Shown here one piece after another: positions 51,050-64,000 of a stretch of DNA of 64,000 nt (position 1 is the stretch's first letter; each line of letters begins with the position of its first letter). This stretch comes from the human T2T-CHM13v2.0 reference genome, Homo sapiens: the NCBI RefSeq assembly GCF_009914755.1, contig NC_060946.1; one strand, given 5' to 3'. The translations under genes and the position numbers were made by a program. A model generated the notes under the pieces. It was not told the DNA's origin. It ran no database searches and was given only the letters and a program-made list of their open reading frames with translations.

Positions 51050-52217
51050 CTAAATAAAACAAAAGAAAGTTTTAGCTAGTACTCAATAAAATATCATGAT
51101 TACCTCTGAAGTTAAAGAATAACCTGCACATCCATATACTAAAAAGGTTACTGTAAGTGGATATCCAACTGGAGAAAAAGTTGAAGCAAAACTTTGAACT
51201 TTATAGAGCATAAGTTCCAAAAAGTTCAGAAATTTATTTAAAGTCAATGAGTTTATAAAAGTAAACACACACACACACACGCACACCAGAGAATTTTTAA
51301 GAATTTCAGAATTGGAAAAGCCTTTCCCTGAATTACAACAAACTCAAAAACATAAATTAAAGCATTAACAAATTTGACTAAATTAAAATATATCAAAAAA
51401 TTGCATTTACACTTTGATATCTAACCCATACACCACCCTATAGTAAGAACCTTAGTTCACACATATTTGGACAGATAAAATTTCCCAGAGTTATTACAGT
51501 TCTGTTTCACTGATAACATTCTATTTTAATTTGACTCTTTTAACACTTTTATAGTCAGTTGAAAGAATTACATTTACTAAATCATAAATCTAGACATTAT
51601 ACTAGTCACTCCTATATACATTCATTGATGAACCCATCTAGTTACCACAAATTTGAAAAAGAAATGTTAAAAATATAAGCAAGCTACAGGATTTTCCCCA
51701 GGACTTCTTACTCTACTTCTAGTTCTCTGACAGATCACAGTTACTTCTGTGGTGTAAATGTATCAATACGAAAGAAAACATTTATTTCAAAACACCAATG
51801 GTAAATAAGATAAAATTTATAGAGCTCTTCTTAGAATATCATGAGATTATTTGTGATTGCAATAATTTGTTTCCTCTTTATAGTATTAGGTACAGTAATC
51901 AATATGAAATGGCGGGAAGTACAAGGAACAATTTTACTGGGAACAAAATCTTTATCAATAGGTTATCACTAAGTATATATTATGGCATATTATTGTTTTC
52001 AAAAGCTCTTTGTAATAAAATAATATCCTATGTGGATGCCAAGATTTATAATAAAAATAATTGTACCTGTAAGTGTCATCATTCATTTTTTAAAAATGAG
52101 ATAACATTTCTGGTTTGTTTTAGACCAAAATATTATATATTAAATCAAGAGGATATTATAAGTAACATTGATAAAATAAAGTTTAAAATATAGAATTTTT
52201 ACCAAAGATTTATTTAT

Positions 52218-52397
52218 CTGATTTGGAGTATTTCTTGTAGTCTTCGGTTTCATCTCTAGTGATTGAATAGTTGGTTCAAGTTGTTTTGCTTCAACTTCTT
52301 TCTTATATTGTTTCCCTTTCCTTTCTAATTCTTCTCTATTTTTTTGTACAGCATATTAACATTTGTTTTTTCTTCACTTTCTTGTCTTAAGATGCAT
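52218..52397 (-). pseudogene. ANKRD20A-like exon (180 bp) with a 1-bp deletion and mutated donor
   Basis: ctgcag|ATGCATCTTAAGACAAGAAAG (CILRQESEEKTNVNMLYKK); frame shifts in the A7 run; continues QYKKEVEAKQLEPTIQSLEMK; ends AATCAG|ataaat (GT>AT). Confidence 0.85.
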
Positions 52398-53442
52398 CTG
52401 CAGACAAAGACATTTATCTTAAAATTCATTTTGTTAAAAAATAAAGAGATCATCCTGTGATCTACCTCTGCAGATGCTCTTTATCATCCTAGTAAAATTT
52501 CTATGTTCTGGATTATTTTTCCTTTGTAGTTCTCAGATATTTAATTTCTCACTTCAACATCTTCAAACGAATGCATATACTTGAAAATTAGTAAGGAAAG
52601 AATATTCTGCTAAAGTTTTTATTACTAGTCACTCTAGTATGTATTATACAAAAAGATACTGGAAATAATTCAGTATAGTTAGAAGTTCAAAATTACCTTT
52701 TCAAATCACACAGTCATAATTACTACCTGATTAGAAAAGGTCATTTACAATCAACTAAATTTTTAAAGTTACTATTTATTGACAAGCGTATAAGTTCACT
52801 AGAAATAAATTTTCATCTCTATGAAATATTGCAGGTGTCTCTCCAAATGATTTACAGAGTAAGATATCTCTCACACAAACTATATCTGCAGATTATTGTC
52901 ATCTAAAACTAGGCTAAAGAGTCTAACATCTGTTACCCCACACTTTTTCTAATTCTTTCTTAATACTTCCAGTTCACCTTCTTATTACATATATTTTATA
53001 TATTTATTAAGCTATTGTTCATTATGTGTAATATATAATTAATGCCCTTAATAAGTGTGTGTATGTTTACACAAGTTATGTTTTCCTGTGAAATCTAGTC
53101 CCAGAAGTGGAGTTGTTGAGTTAAAGGGATGTCAGGTTATTTGAAATTTTGATAAACAGCACTAAGTTACCCTTCAGAAATAATTTACCAATTTCATATA
53201 CCAACAGTGTATGAGAATGCTTTTTCCTCTCATTTTCAATGGTAGGAATTACTTTTTCAATATCAGCATGACTTTACAAAATATATCTTATTTTATGTTA
53301 ATTTGCATTTTTCTGATTACTAGGCAGGGCTAAATATCCCTGGTAAAACTATAAAACTTGTTAATCATAATGAACATTAGTCCAATTTTGAATTAGTTTA
53401 TAGCACAATGACAATTATCTGCTGAGAAATACTGCTATAGGT

Positions 53443-53793
<351 letters not shown>

Positions 53794-53810
53794 GCTATAG
53801 GCTTACTTAC

Positions 53811-53974
53811 CTATCATGCTCTTCCTTCAGTTTCTTGGGAAATTGCTGAGGATACGTTTTCCCAATCTTTCTTTCTTTGGTTAATCTGTCAGCAGCAGCA
53901 GAAGATGTACTATGACATACATTTTCTGATAGTTGTATTTTTTCACTTTTGTTTGTATTATTTCCTTCTTTGAC
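53811..53974 (-). pseudogene. ANKRD20A-like exon (164 bp): VKEGNNTNKSEKIQLSENVCHSTSSAAADRLTKERKIGKTYPQQFPKKLKEEHDR
   Basis: ttaaag|GTCAAAG...CATGATAG|gtaagt; open frame; strong ANKRD20A match. Confidence 0.9.
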
Positions 53975-55718
53975 CTTTAATAAAAGTAATATGAATAATA
54001 ATTATTATTTTATTCAATAAAAAAACTTTTTCCCTGATTTTTTAACTTGATTCAGGTTAACTATCACCATTTTAATGATAAAAGTATTTTGTGCTTACTT
54101 TAATTTTATCATTATACATAATAATTATAAGATACTCATCATTTTATCATTGAAATTTTTGTCAAGTCTGCTCATTTCTGTTTGAGTGAATGGAAGAATT
54201 TTCCAAAATTTCAAAAAGGACTCTTCTCCATTTTGTGCTTTTATTCGCATCCACTCTTTGCTATCTGATATAAATGTTTATGCTAGTTGACTGGCAGAAA
54301 CAGAGAAATAAAAAGACACAGGCATAACATATATCTTCTGTCATTGCCACATGGATTTTACATGAAATAGCCAGATTAAGAGGATGTAACCTTGTAGGCC
54401 TTCAAGAACAGTAAAGAAGTTTTCCCTTTTCTGCACTGAGCTATTCTTTTCCCCACTGCCTTTTATCTCTTTTTTTTTTTTTTTTTTGAATCCTGGGATA
54501 TCAAAAAAGTGAAAGTTCTCCCTGAACTATGGGAACCAATGTTTGTTTGCCACAACACAAGAAGCAGAATGAAACTGCTGAGTTCCTAGTGCAGAATTCT
54601 GGAAAACGAGATGCTTCCCAGATTTCACATTCAGTTACCACAAATGTTTATAGGTGGAACACATATGGTACAGTTATCTACTTAAGCCATATTATCTACT
54701 GAAAATGGGAGTCAAACCAACCAAGACATACGAAATGTTTCATCCAGAGCTCTTGAGGCGGCATTCCCTAGCATTTCATGGCACCAAATAACATTATACA
54801 ATTCCATGTTGCTGAATTACATAAATTACCAGATAAATTTATCAAATTAGTCAGATATATTAAAAGTCTAACGAGCAAAGCAATTTAACACCTCAGAGGG
54901 TGGAAAAAGGCCTCATCTGCTTTTACTTTGAAAGAAGAAAATCTCTAGATTTTTGTCTATCTTTAGAACACAGTGTACAGAACTCAACTTTCTACTAAAG
55001 AGTCAAAGGTTAAATTTTTAGCTAAGAAATTATGCTTCTTACATGATAAAAATCATACATGCCAAAACTTACCATACTTTATTAAACAACATAATGTAAG
55101 GTCTGATTCAACAGAAATATTGGAGTGGTGATTTTTTTAAATATGTGGAAGTATATATTTGTTTTCAAAATATTGGAAATAACCATGATGGAACTATAAA
55201 TTCAAACAGTTTGAGCTAAGCAGATAAACTTGCATGCATGAAAACACATTAAACAGACTCATTTGTCTGGGAATATTCATTGCAACTCTCAAGGCGAGAC
55301 GTGTTTTTGTGGCTCATCTCAGTCATTGCTTCCCTCCCATTGTATTCCCATTCTATCATTAAATAAATGTAATTCATCTCTAAATGACTATAGTAAAAAG
55401 AATCTAGAATCTAAAGCTTATTTCTTTAGCAATTTCTTTATGTTGATCTGGTTCAGAAGGTCACATGGTATATGACTGAATTAGTTTCCCAGCTCATATG
55501 CCACTTGGAAGACTGAGAGTGAGACTTAGGTTGATTAATGAACAAATATTATGAGAACATTCTCCGAACCATTGTTTAGATAGCAGGACTAGTCTACTTT
55601 GACACATAATTACACATTTAGAAAACCCCGCTGTAACTGTACACATGGGATTTTCTTGAATAGAAAATTTGACTAAATCAAATAATTGATAAAGAGAAAA
55701 AAGAAGCAGCAAGTGAAC

Positions 55719-56821
55719 CTCTGTCTTTTTGAAGTTGGACTTTCTCTTTCTCCAAAGCCAGGAACTCTACTTGTAACATGCCTACCTCATTCTTTTTACT
55801 ATTATTATACTTTAAGTTCTGGTACATGTGCACAATGTGCAGGTTTGTTACGTATGTACACATGTGCTATGTTAGTGACCTTGAAATATCTTGCTGTAAG
55901 TTTCTAGCTATATTTTTTGATGTTCTCTCACTATGTGGCAAAGAATAACCCAGATTTTATAATTCAAGATTCATGGTTTTGTAGTTATTAACACTGGGAT
56001 TGTCATTCAGTGGCTTCTGGAATAAGCATTGTGTTGGTTTTCTGTTTTTATAAGTATCTGTAGCAGCAGAAATACTGTGGCTTTCTATCTGAATCATATG
56101 CTTCATTTCTTTGGGGTGGGTAAACCACAAATCAAAAAGACTTTCTGGATCTCTAGACTGAGACCAATGCCTAATGTCTAATTTCCAATTAGTGGTATTT
56201 GGGTTTATACATTTTTCCATTTGCATGTCAAACTCTTAATCATCTTTCATTTCAATCATAATTACTGGGTTCTTTACTTTTTCAGTTTCTATATCATAAC
56301 AAAAATTTTCATCATCTGTGTTAGAAACAAGCTGTGTGTCTGGTTTGTTATCATTTTTATAGTCTGATTTATTTTAATTTAAATGAAGCTTAGAAGATGA
56401 CTGGTAAGTGTATTTCAGGGACCTGGAGTGTGAATGGAATAAAAAGACATTTGACATGGGCTTCCTCTGTTCAGGCGCTGCCTGGACTGCCACAGAGCTA
56501 GACCCTCCAGATACATTTTTCTCCTCACAATCAGGGACATGATTCATCACACTAGAGGGCACTCCTTTTTTGTTCATCCCTCTTTAGAGTTACCATGTAG
56601 GAGCTCTTCCTCAGGGCAAGCAGTAATTTTGGAGTTTTCAGAACTTTTACCAATATTCAGCTTGAACTTGTTTGTAATGAATTTTAAAGAAAGTCATGAA
56701 TATATAGATAGATTCCCTTTATCACAGTTCTTACCCAGTTCTGGTTCTTGAGACTTTTTTGGGGGGGGTCAGGTGCAAAATGGAAAACAAATTTGCTTGT
56801 TTTGTTTCTCAGATGTCTTTT
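55719..56821 (-). pseudogene. Degenerate CCDC144/ANKRD26-like large exon, interrupted by an L1 3' fragment
   Basis: Peptides VPDCEEKN..., KEMKHMIQIESHSISAATDTYKNRKP...NYKTMNLEL and KNEVGMLQVEFLALEKEKVQLQKD; acceptor tgacag|AAAAG, donor AGAG|gttcac; many stops and frameshifts. Confidence 0.7.
55793..55875 (-). mobile_element. ~80 bp L1PA 3' tip
   Basis: TTATTATACTTTAAGTTCTGGTACATGTGCACAATGTGCAGGTTTGTTAC is the reverse complement of the L1PA 3' terminus. Confidence 0.88.
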
Positions 56822-58020
56822 CTGTCAGAGTGCATGTTTTAAAATTAGCTTTAATCAAGTATAAACAAAGAAATATTAGAAAATAATTAAAATTTAACTG
56901 TGAAACTTAATCTATGTGTTGCTACTCTTAAATTATGGGATTGTATCTAAAAAGTGAAAAATAATTTGCCTTGGCTTAACATAGGACAGAAACATGAACC
57001 AGCAAGCTGAACTCTCAGTGTCTGTTTGGACTAAACTTAATGCATTTGTGTAAAATCTACCAGAAATGAATTCAAAGATGATAGGTAGTATTATAAAAGC
57101 TTCCTCTCTTACAAAGACTTTACCTCAGCATACCAGAAAGAGTGAGCCCCTACAGTGCATGTTTATTTCTGAAGATGAACTAGAGCACTAGGCAAACACT
57201 AAATTATTAAGAGCTAAACTGAACACCAATAAGAAAGAGAAGCAAAATTTTAAATTCTAATTCAAATGATATACTATGATAGTGTTATGTATCTAGATAG
57301 AATTTCTGCTTATATCCACTTCTAATATATTTTAAGTTCTGGTAGTGATAGGGTTTGGATTTTTTAAATTTTAGTAATGTTTACTATGTATTTATGTTGA
57401 AATAAAGTTATTGTTCACACCCTGACACCAAAGGTCCCATTCTGCAAGGTAGGATTCTCTTAATAGGCAACTGCATTGACTTTTATGACCCCATTCACTC
57501 CCTGAACACAGACACAGAAGTCAGCTGGTGACCACAAAACAGAATAAATCTTTAACCTCGGCACTGGTGACCAGCAATATAAAACTGCAACATTTGAAAC
57601 ACTGGCAATGATGACTCCTTTAACACTAGTTTAACTCAGTGGCCATTGTTGTTAAACTGTTCATAATTTCTATTCCTCAGTAATATGACCCAATACTTCA
57701 TGTTACCTTGTGTATTATGAGTAAGGTTACATAAATAAAACAGCAAGATAATTCTGAAAATTTCTTGCCTCAATTCCAAGGGTAAAGACAACTATGAGTT
57801 ACTAGAGATACTAAGAATTACTAGAATAACTAATAGTTACTAGAGATAGTAAGAATATCTTAAGTTTCATAACTGGTTAAGATGTTTTAAAAATTAAATA
57901 TAAAATTATGATCTATTGGATTCTAAAGGTATAGTCTGAAAGGTCATGTCATTTGGACTATGCTTTGTTAGTAAAGCAAAAAAAACCTAATATTAAACAA
58001 GAACTTAAATTTTCATATAC

Positions 58021-58091
58021 CTGTGATTGCTTCTTTTCACTTCTTTCACACCTTTCTTGCTCTTCCTCTAAAGCCACTGGTAAGGTTTGTT
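58021..58091 (-). pseudogene. ANKRD20A-like exon (71 bp): EQTLPVALEEEQERCERSEKKQSQ
   Basis: tcaacag|AACAAACC...TCACAG|gtatat; matches ANKRD20A EQALPVASEEEQERHERSEKKQPQ. Confidence 0.88.
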
Positions 58092-58608
58092 CTGTTGACA
58101 AATTCATTGATTTAGTTCAAATGAACTAAGAAGAGTTAGATAAAGACTATAATCTTTATAAAAATAAATAGGGAATAACATTTCTTTGTATTTTATATTT
58201 TGAGAGTTTGAATGAAACAATGTTTACTGAAATATTTACTTCTGTAAGAAATACTTCTAATTATCCAAAACTTCAACAAACCACTTGGGGAGACACCAGA
58301 TATCACCAGATTCAAGCCATGCAAAATCTCAGGGACACTCACAAATTGTTCCACCCAACATAAGTCAACAAAACTGTTGGAAACAAAACAGAAATTTGAA
58401 ATACAGTCAAAATATACAATGTAATGCTTTACTATACTTCATAACAGTATCTTTTTAACAAGACACTAATTGAGTTAGCAGTTACTAATAATTTGCAAAA
58501 TTATTGTTGTTTATACCTCAATTAGTGTGCACCCTATTTTTTATATCACAAATGTTTTCCCCTGCTATTCTGAAAAATTTATTTTCATCTTTTAAGACTC
58601 AGAAAGTA

Positions 58609-58902
58609 GGCTGGGCATAATAGCTCACATCTGTAATCCCAGCACTTTGGAAGGCCAAAATGGGAGAATTGCTCAAGGCCAAAAGTTTAAGACCAGCCTG
58701 GGAACCATAGGTAACCTTGACTCTACAAAAAATTAGACAGGTATGGTGATATGTTCCTGTTGTCCCCGCTACTCAAGAAGCTTAGATGAGAAGATCCCTC
58801 GAGCCCAGAAGTCTGAGGTTTCAGTGAGTCTCAATCATGCCATTGCACTCCAATCCTGGGTGATAGAGTAAGAACTTGTCTCCAAAAAGAGGAAGAAAAA
58901 AA
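58609..58902 (+). mobile_element. Old Alu (AluJ-like)
   Basis: GGCTGGGCATAATAGCTCACATCTGTAATCCCAGCACTTTGG...GAGCCCAGAAG... Confidence 0.88.
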
Positions 58903-59119
58903 GGCTCAGAATGCTATGTGAAATCTTCCTTGATTCTAGCTATCTTTCTCCACACACACAGGTGTCTGCTTCGTTGGGGTCCCTTAGTACCTTGTCAATT
59001 TTTCTAGTGTCACTTTACCACCTGACCTGCACATCATGTCTTTACATGTTGACCCCCTTTGCTGCTAGACTGTAGAGGACAATCTTTTGAATCATCTTTG
59101 TATAAACAGTCTTAATTTT

Positions 59120-59400
59120 GCTAAATAATTACTTATTGAGTTCCTGCTAAGTGTTAGGCACTGGGGAATAAGGAAGGAAAATAGAAGCTGTCAGGGATGG
59201 CTTTCCTAAAGATCACCCATGAGCTGAGACTTAGAGAGTGAGGTTAGCCAGATTAAGCGAGGCAGAGGGCAGGAAAGGGTGAGCACATGCCAGGCGGCAA
59301 CAAGAGAGGAAGAGAAGCCTCCAAGAGAGTATGTATTTCTCTGCAGAAGAGGAATGGTGAGGGGCCATTACCAGCAGCTCAGTAATTCCAGAGAAAAAGG
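59120..59400. mobile_element. Degenerate L2 fragment
   Basis: TAAATAATTACTTATTGAGTTCCTGCTAAGTGTTAGGCACTGGGGAATA...TGAGCTGAGACTT is L2-like. Confidence 0.55.
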
Positions 59401-59448
59401 CAGATGGGGAAAGGGATACAGATGGAGATTTGGGCAGAAATCAGTTTC

Positions 59449-59745
59449 CTTTCCTTTTCTTTTTTGGGACAAGGTTATACTCTGTCTCCCAGACTGGAGG
59501 GCAGTGGCATGATCTCAGCTCACTGCAACCCGGCCTCCCAGGTTCAAGTAATTCTCCTGCATCAGCCTCCTGAGTAGCTGAGATTACAGGCGCGTGCCAC
59601 TACCACCTGCTAATTTTTGTATTTTATTAGAGATGGGGTTTCACCTTGTTGGCCAGGCTGGTCTTGAACTCCTGACCTCAAATGATCCACTTGCTTCAGC
59701 CTCCCAAAGTGCTGGGATCACAGACATGAGCCACCTTGCCCAACC
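59449..59745 (-). mobile_element. Alu (AluS)
   Basis: Reverse Alu with TSD CAGAAATCAGTTTC / CAGAAGTCAGTTTC. Confidence 0.94.
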
Positions 59746-60184
59746 CAGAAGTCAGTTTCTGAAATCCTTATATAAACCTTTAAGATGCTTGGACATTAGG
59801 TATTCAGGAGTGGTTCACGGATCTATTTGCATTAAGGATAATTCACTCTAAATACTGTGAGGAGCATAAAATTCTGAGGCATATAAATCAATGAACAAAG
59901 ATAAAATATAAGGCAATGTTGCAAAGGTGATGCAGGCCTGAGGAGATGTTTTCAGAAATATTTAGGATATAGGTATCAGTGGCCATTATAAGAATGAATT
60001 TCTATTGAATAAATAAATGTATATATCTGGGTCCCTGAAGAAATACACTCTGCTCATTACTTTACAAATTTTATCAAATGAGAAGTAAAATAATATACAT
60101 AAACTCTTTCAGTTACTTGTATTTACTTTACCCTTTTTCTTTTCAGTTTTACTGTGCCAAGGAAATGCATTTGGGTTTTGTGAT

Positions 60185-60495
<311 letters not shown>

Positions 60496-62263
60496 AATAT
60501 ATGGGGATTTTGTTTTAAAAGTTATGTTTCCTGGATCTACCAAGCTCATGAGAAAATAGAGCAAACAAGTCATTTGCATAGGTAAGAAACTTTGGATTTA
60601 TAGCTTGTCCTCACTACTTTAGAAGATTATCATCATGTTTTGCAAAGCAAAATGTTAAACACAGACACAAGGGGAAAAAGAAATTAAAACTATAGGGGTG
60701 GGTGAAAAAATATTGCATAATTTATTACTGTTGACCTCATCATATGACTGATTAAGGGCACTGAATTTAACTTGGATGTGAAGTAGACCTCATATTAGCT
60801 GCAGTTAATCAGTAGACCAGGCGTCCTAGCAGAATTAAATTTGATGCTCCTGTGTTATCTTTAAAAGACACAGCTTTTCTGAAAACCCTTACTCATAGTG
60901 CATGATTATCCATTAAGAAAAGGTGATGGAATATGTGAATACAGCTGAGGAGACACCACAAGGCAAATGCTAAGTGGTTCCCATTAATATTGCAAAAATC
61001 AACACTATAAAACAGAAAGCCATAGACATTATTTAATATTTGGTTTTGGGAGGTATTTTTAGTGACACTGCATACAGTTGTACCTAATAATTGCTAAATT
61101 AGAGACGTAAAAGTAAAACAAAGGCACATTGTGTTTGAGTAGGAAATCTATAGACATCTAGCTGGTTTTCCCATCCAGCCACAAAATTCTAAATATAATC
61201 ATGGTACCTGCACTCAAATTTATGTTAAATACCAACCTCAATGAAATCACTCTTTCTTCTCATTCTCTTTGTTATTTATATGTTGCTTTCCTTAAGGGAA
61301 GAATACAAATGCCTTGCTAAGAACCATTCTGTTTGGTTGTAGGCTGCATAAGGGGAGTAAACACAAAGTACATTTGACCACAAAATGACTTTTTAAAAGT
61401 CAGAACTATGGTAGCATGAAGCCAAACGAGGTAATCTAGAATAAAATTTTCTATGCTTCTTTCCCTTCTTTGCTCTCTTTCTACTCTAATAACTGCGATT
61501 CACACAGGTAAAGAAGAGTGTAATTCCTTGATAGAAACACAGCTCCAAGATTAATCCTTTCTTTAACTATGAAGTTCGCGTGTCCAAAATCTGTGGTAGT
61601 TGCTGTCTGATTTTTATCACTGATGGTGATACAGATATTTATCATCAACTCACAACTTCCCAAATCTTTGAAAAGTCTTACTATTGATGGTTCAACTAGT
61701 AGAAACATGATGTAAAATATCTGAAAATAAAGTTTTTATTTATTAGAATGTAAATAATAATACAAATTGTAATAAGGTGTAAAAGTTCTTTCTTCACTGA
61801 AGCAGTACCATGTTGTCCTCTACCCCACAAATGCACTACTCCCCCGTGGTCTAATGTATTTTAAAAGTCTTGTAATTGCTATTAACTCAGAAAAGTTTAC
61901 TTAACTTGTTCTAAGCTTCTGGTATTTACTACAGTTTACTTTCAATCACTCAACCATCTCTGTTATATATGTTGTTTTCCATGAGAAATTTGTTTATTAG
62001 TAATTAAGATTCTTCAGGTATAAGAAAATATTTCAATAACTAAGTTTGTGCATAAACACATTAAGGTCAAATACCCATGACATTATTGTGTGTTTCTGTG
62101 TACTAGAGACAAAAACTTCAAAAAAAATTTTAATGAATATACGTTAAATTAAAAAATGCTTTCATTAAACTGAGATAATCTTCCCTCAATGCATGAATAC
62201 CTTCAGAATTCACATAGACCAAAGAATTGTATAAAGTATAATAGCCTTAAAAATCTTATTTGT

Positions 62264-62566
62264 AGCTGGCACAATGACTCCCACCTGTAATCCCAGCACA
62301 TTGGCAAGCCGAGGTGGGCAGATCACCTGAGGTCAGGAGTTCAAGAGCAGCCTGGCCAACCTGGTGAAACCCCATCTCTACTAAAAATAGAAAAATTAGC
62401 AGGGTATGGTAGCACGTGCATGTAGTATCAGCTACTCGAGGGGCTGAGGCAGGAGAATTGCTTGAACCCGAGAGGCAGAGGTGGTAATGAGCCAAGACTG
62501 AGCCACTGCACTCCAGCCTTGGTGACAGAGCAAGACTCTGTCTCAAAAACACAAATAAACAAACAA
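62264..62566 (+). mobile_element. Alu (AluSx-like)
   Basis: GATCACCTGAGGTCAGGAGTTCAAG...GACAGAGCAAGACTCTGTCTC plus A-rich tail. Confidence 0.94.
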
Positions 62567-64000
62567 CCTAATTTTTCCCATATAAGTCTATGTTCATACA
62601 AGATCTGAAGAGTACACAACACCGTGAGACAGGACAGACATATATTTTAAAAGTTATATTCCTGGTTTCTGTAAAAATAAAATAGTTGAATTTAAGCTTT
62701 CAAGACAAGTCAACGAAAAGAGAATGCAAAAGTGAAACTCGAAGGGTCATTTCCCCATCAAGGGCTCATGATCACTGGACATTCACAAACTATACTGTTC
62801 AAAACATTAGATCTGAATTTTGATCCGAGTATCCCTTTAGTAGCAGTTTCATTCAAGGATGTCCAAGAGGTAAAATAAGACAATATCATTTGCTATTTTC
62901 AGTTTTCTTTTCTGAGAACAGCCCAGCATTCTTCTTCAGAGAAATGAATTGTGCTAACTTCATAGGCTAAAGGCTCATGAGTCATAGTTCTAAGGGTATT
63001 AATAAAATATGGTGGTGTATGCTTGTATTCTGAACTTTTCAGGTTTAAACTCTCATATAGTAAACGCTAATAGATACAAACCAATTAAAGAAAAGCCCTC
63101 TTAATCTGACATTATTTTTCTTTTTATTTCTTCATTTATCAGCAACAGGAGAGTCTAACTAAATGTGGTAAAGTGGTATGAGGGAATACAATGAACAGTG
63201 TAAAATGAATTAAACCAGGGATAATCACACCAATGTGGGTACAAGTGGAAAATATAATACAAAACACACCAAAGAAAGTGGCAGAAAGGTATATAAAGTG
63301 TATAACCACTCACATACCATTTTAGGACACAAAAAATTCTGCATATTATTTCTGAGCATCACAATGTAATTAAAGATTTCAAAAGGGCATTGAAATGAAA
63401 AACAACCAACTTATGATGTTGGTAGCCTCTATGCAATCATGTTTTAAAAACTTTAACACCAAAAAGGCTCAAAATCACCATTTTAAAAGACTGTGTCTAC
63501 CAGTCATAAATGAATCATTACTTTCGTCATTTGTAATAGTCAAAGATGCCACAAGCGCACGCATACACACATCTATATATACACCTACACACACAGTCTT
63601 GCTCATTAGAACATCTGATAGGCTTCAGATCATCAGTGTAATAACACTAGCAGCAAGCCTCTGAAGTTAAAACAGAAACTGACACTTTAATAAGTAAAGC
63701 TTTCCTCTAGGTAAAGATCAGAACTCCAACTAGCACTTAACTCACTGGAAATATCTTAAGAGTCTCAAAATTCACTGCTTTGAATCCCTGACAAGTATAA
63801 AAATTTTATACTGAAAACTTCATGCTATTCAAAACATTTAAACAGAAACATCTGACTTAAAGCTTACATTTTTAAAATCTTTTTTATGCTTCTAAATTTG
63901 TTTTTATTCAAATATGGATACCAACAATAACATTTATGTCAATGCCTTCTGTTCAATATTGAACAAATAGAATTAGGAATAAGAATAATATGAGTACATC

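Overview
Primate (most likely human or great-ape) genomic DNA with the make-up of a pericentromeric segmental duplication. I found no intact protein-coding gene, RNA gene or CRISPR array, and nearly all ORFs in the track are incidental frames inside repeats. Right half (~34.8-58.1 kb): 3' part of an unprocessed ANKRD20A/ANKRD18 (ANKRD26/CCDC144-family) pseudogene on the minus strand, with eight recognisable exons, frameshifts, stops and a dead splice donor, and introns full of Alu, L1, L2 and LTR elements. Left half: a 5'-inverted L1PA; an older minus-strand L1 with its 5' UTR; an ACTB 3'-UTR retrocopy; two copies of a CACTGACCAGG-type minisatellite; a ~14.7 kb tandem array of rearranged MaLR (MST/THE1-like) LTR+internal units (~3.2 kb, apparently A-B-A-B); and a processed SNX18 pseudogene. 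The most distinctive pattern is the repeated occurrence of short inverted insertions and fold-backs that match nearby DNA (in the L1, the MaLR array and SNX18P), which points to template-switching repair and would give double-stranded RNA if the region is transcribed. I cannot support a claim of a new biological system. Repeat subfamily and protein assignments come from recalled consensus sequences, not database searches, and most repeat boundaries are approximate.
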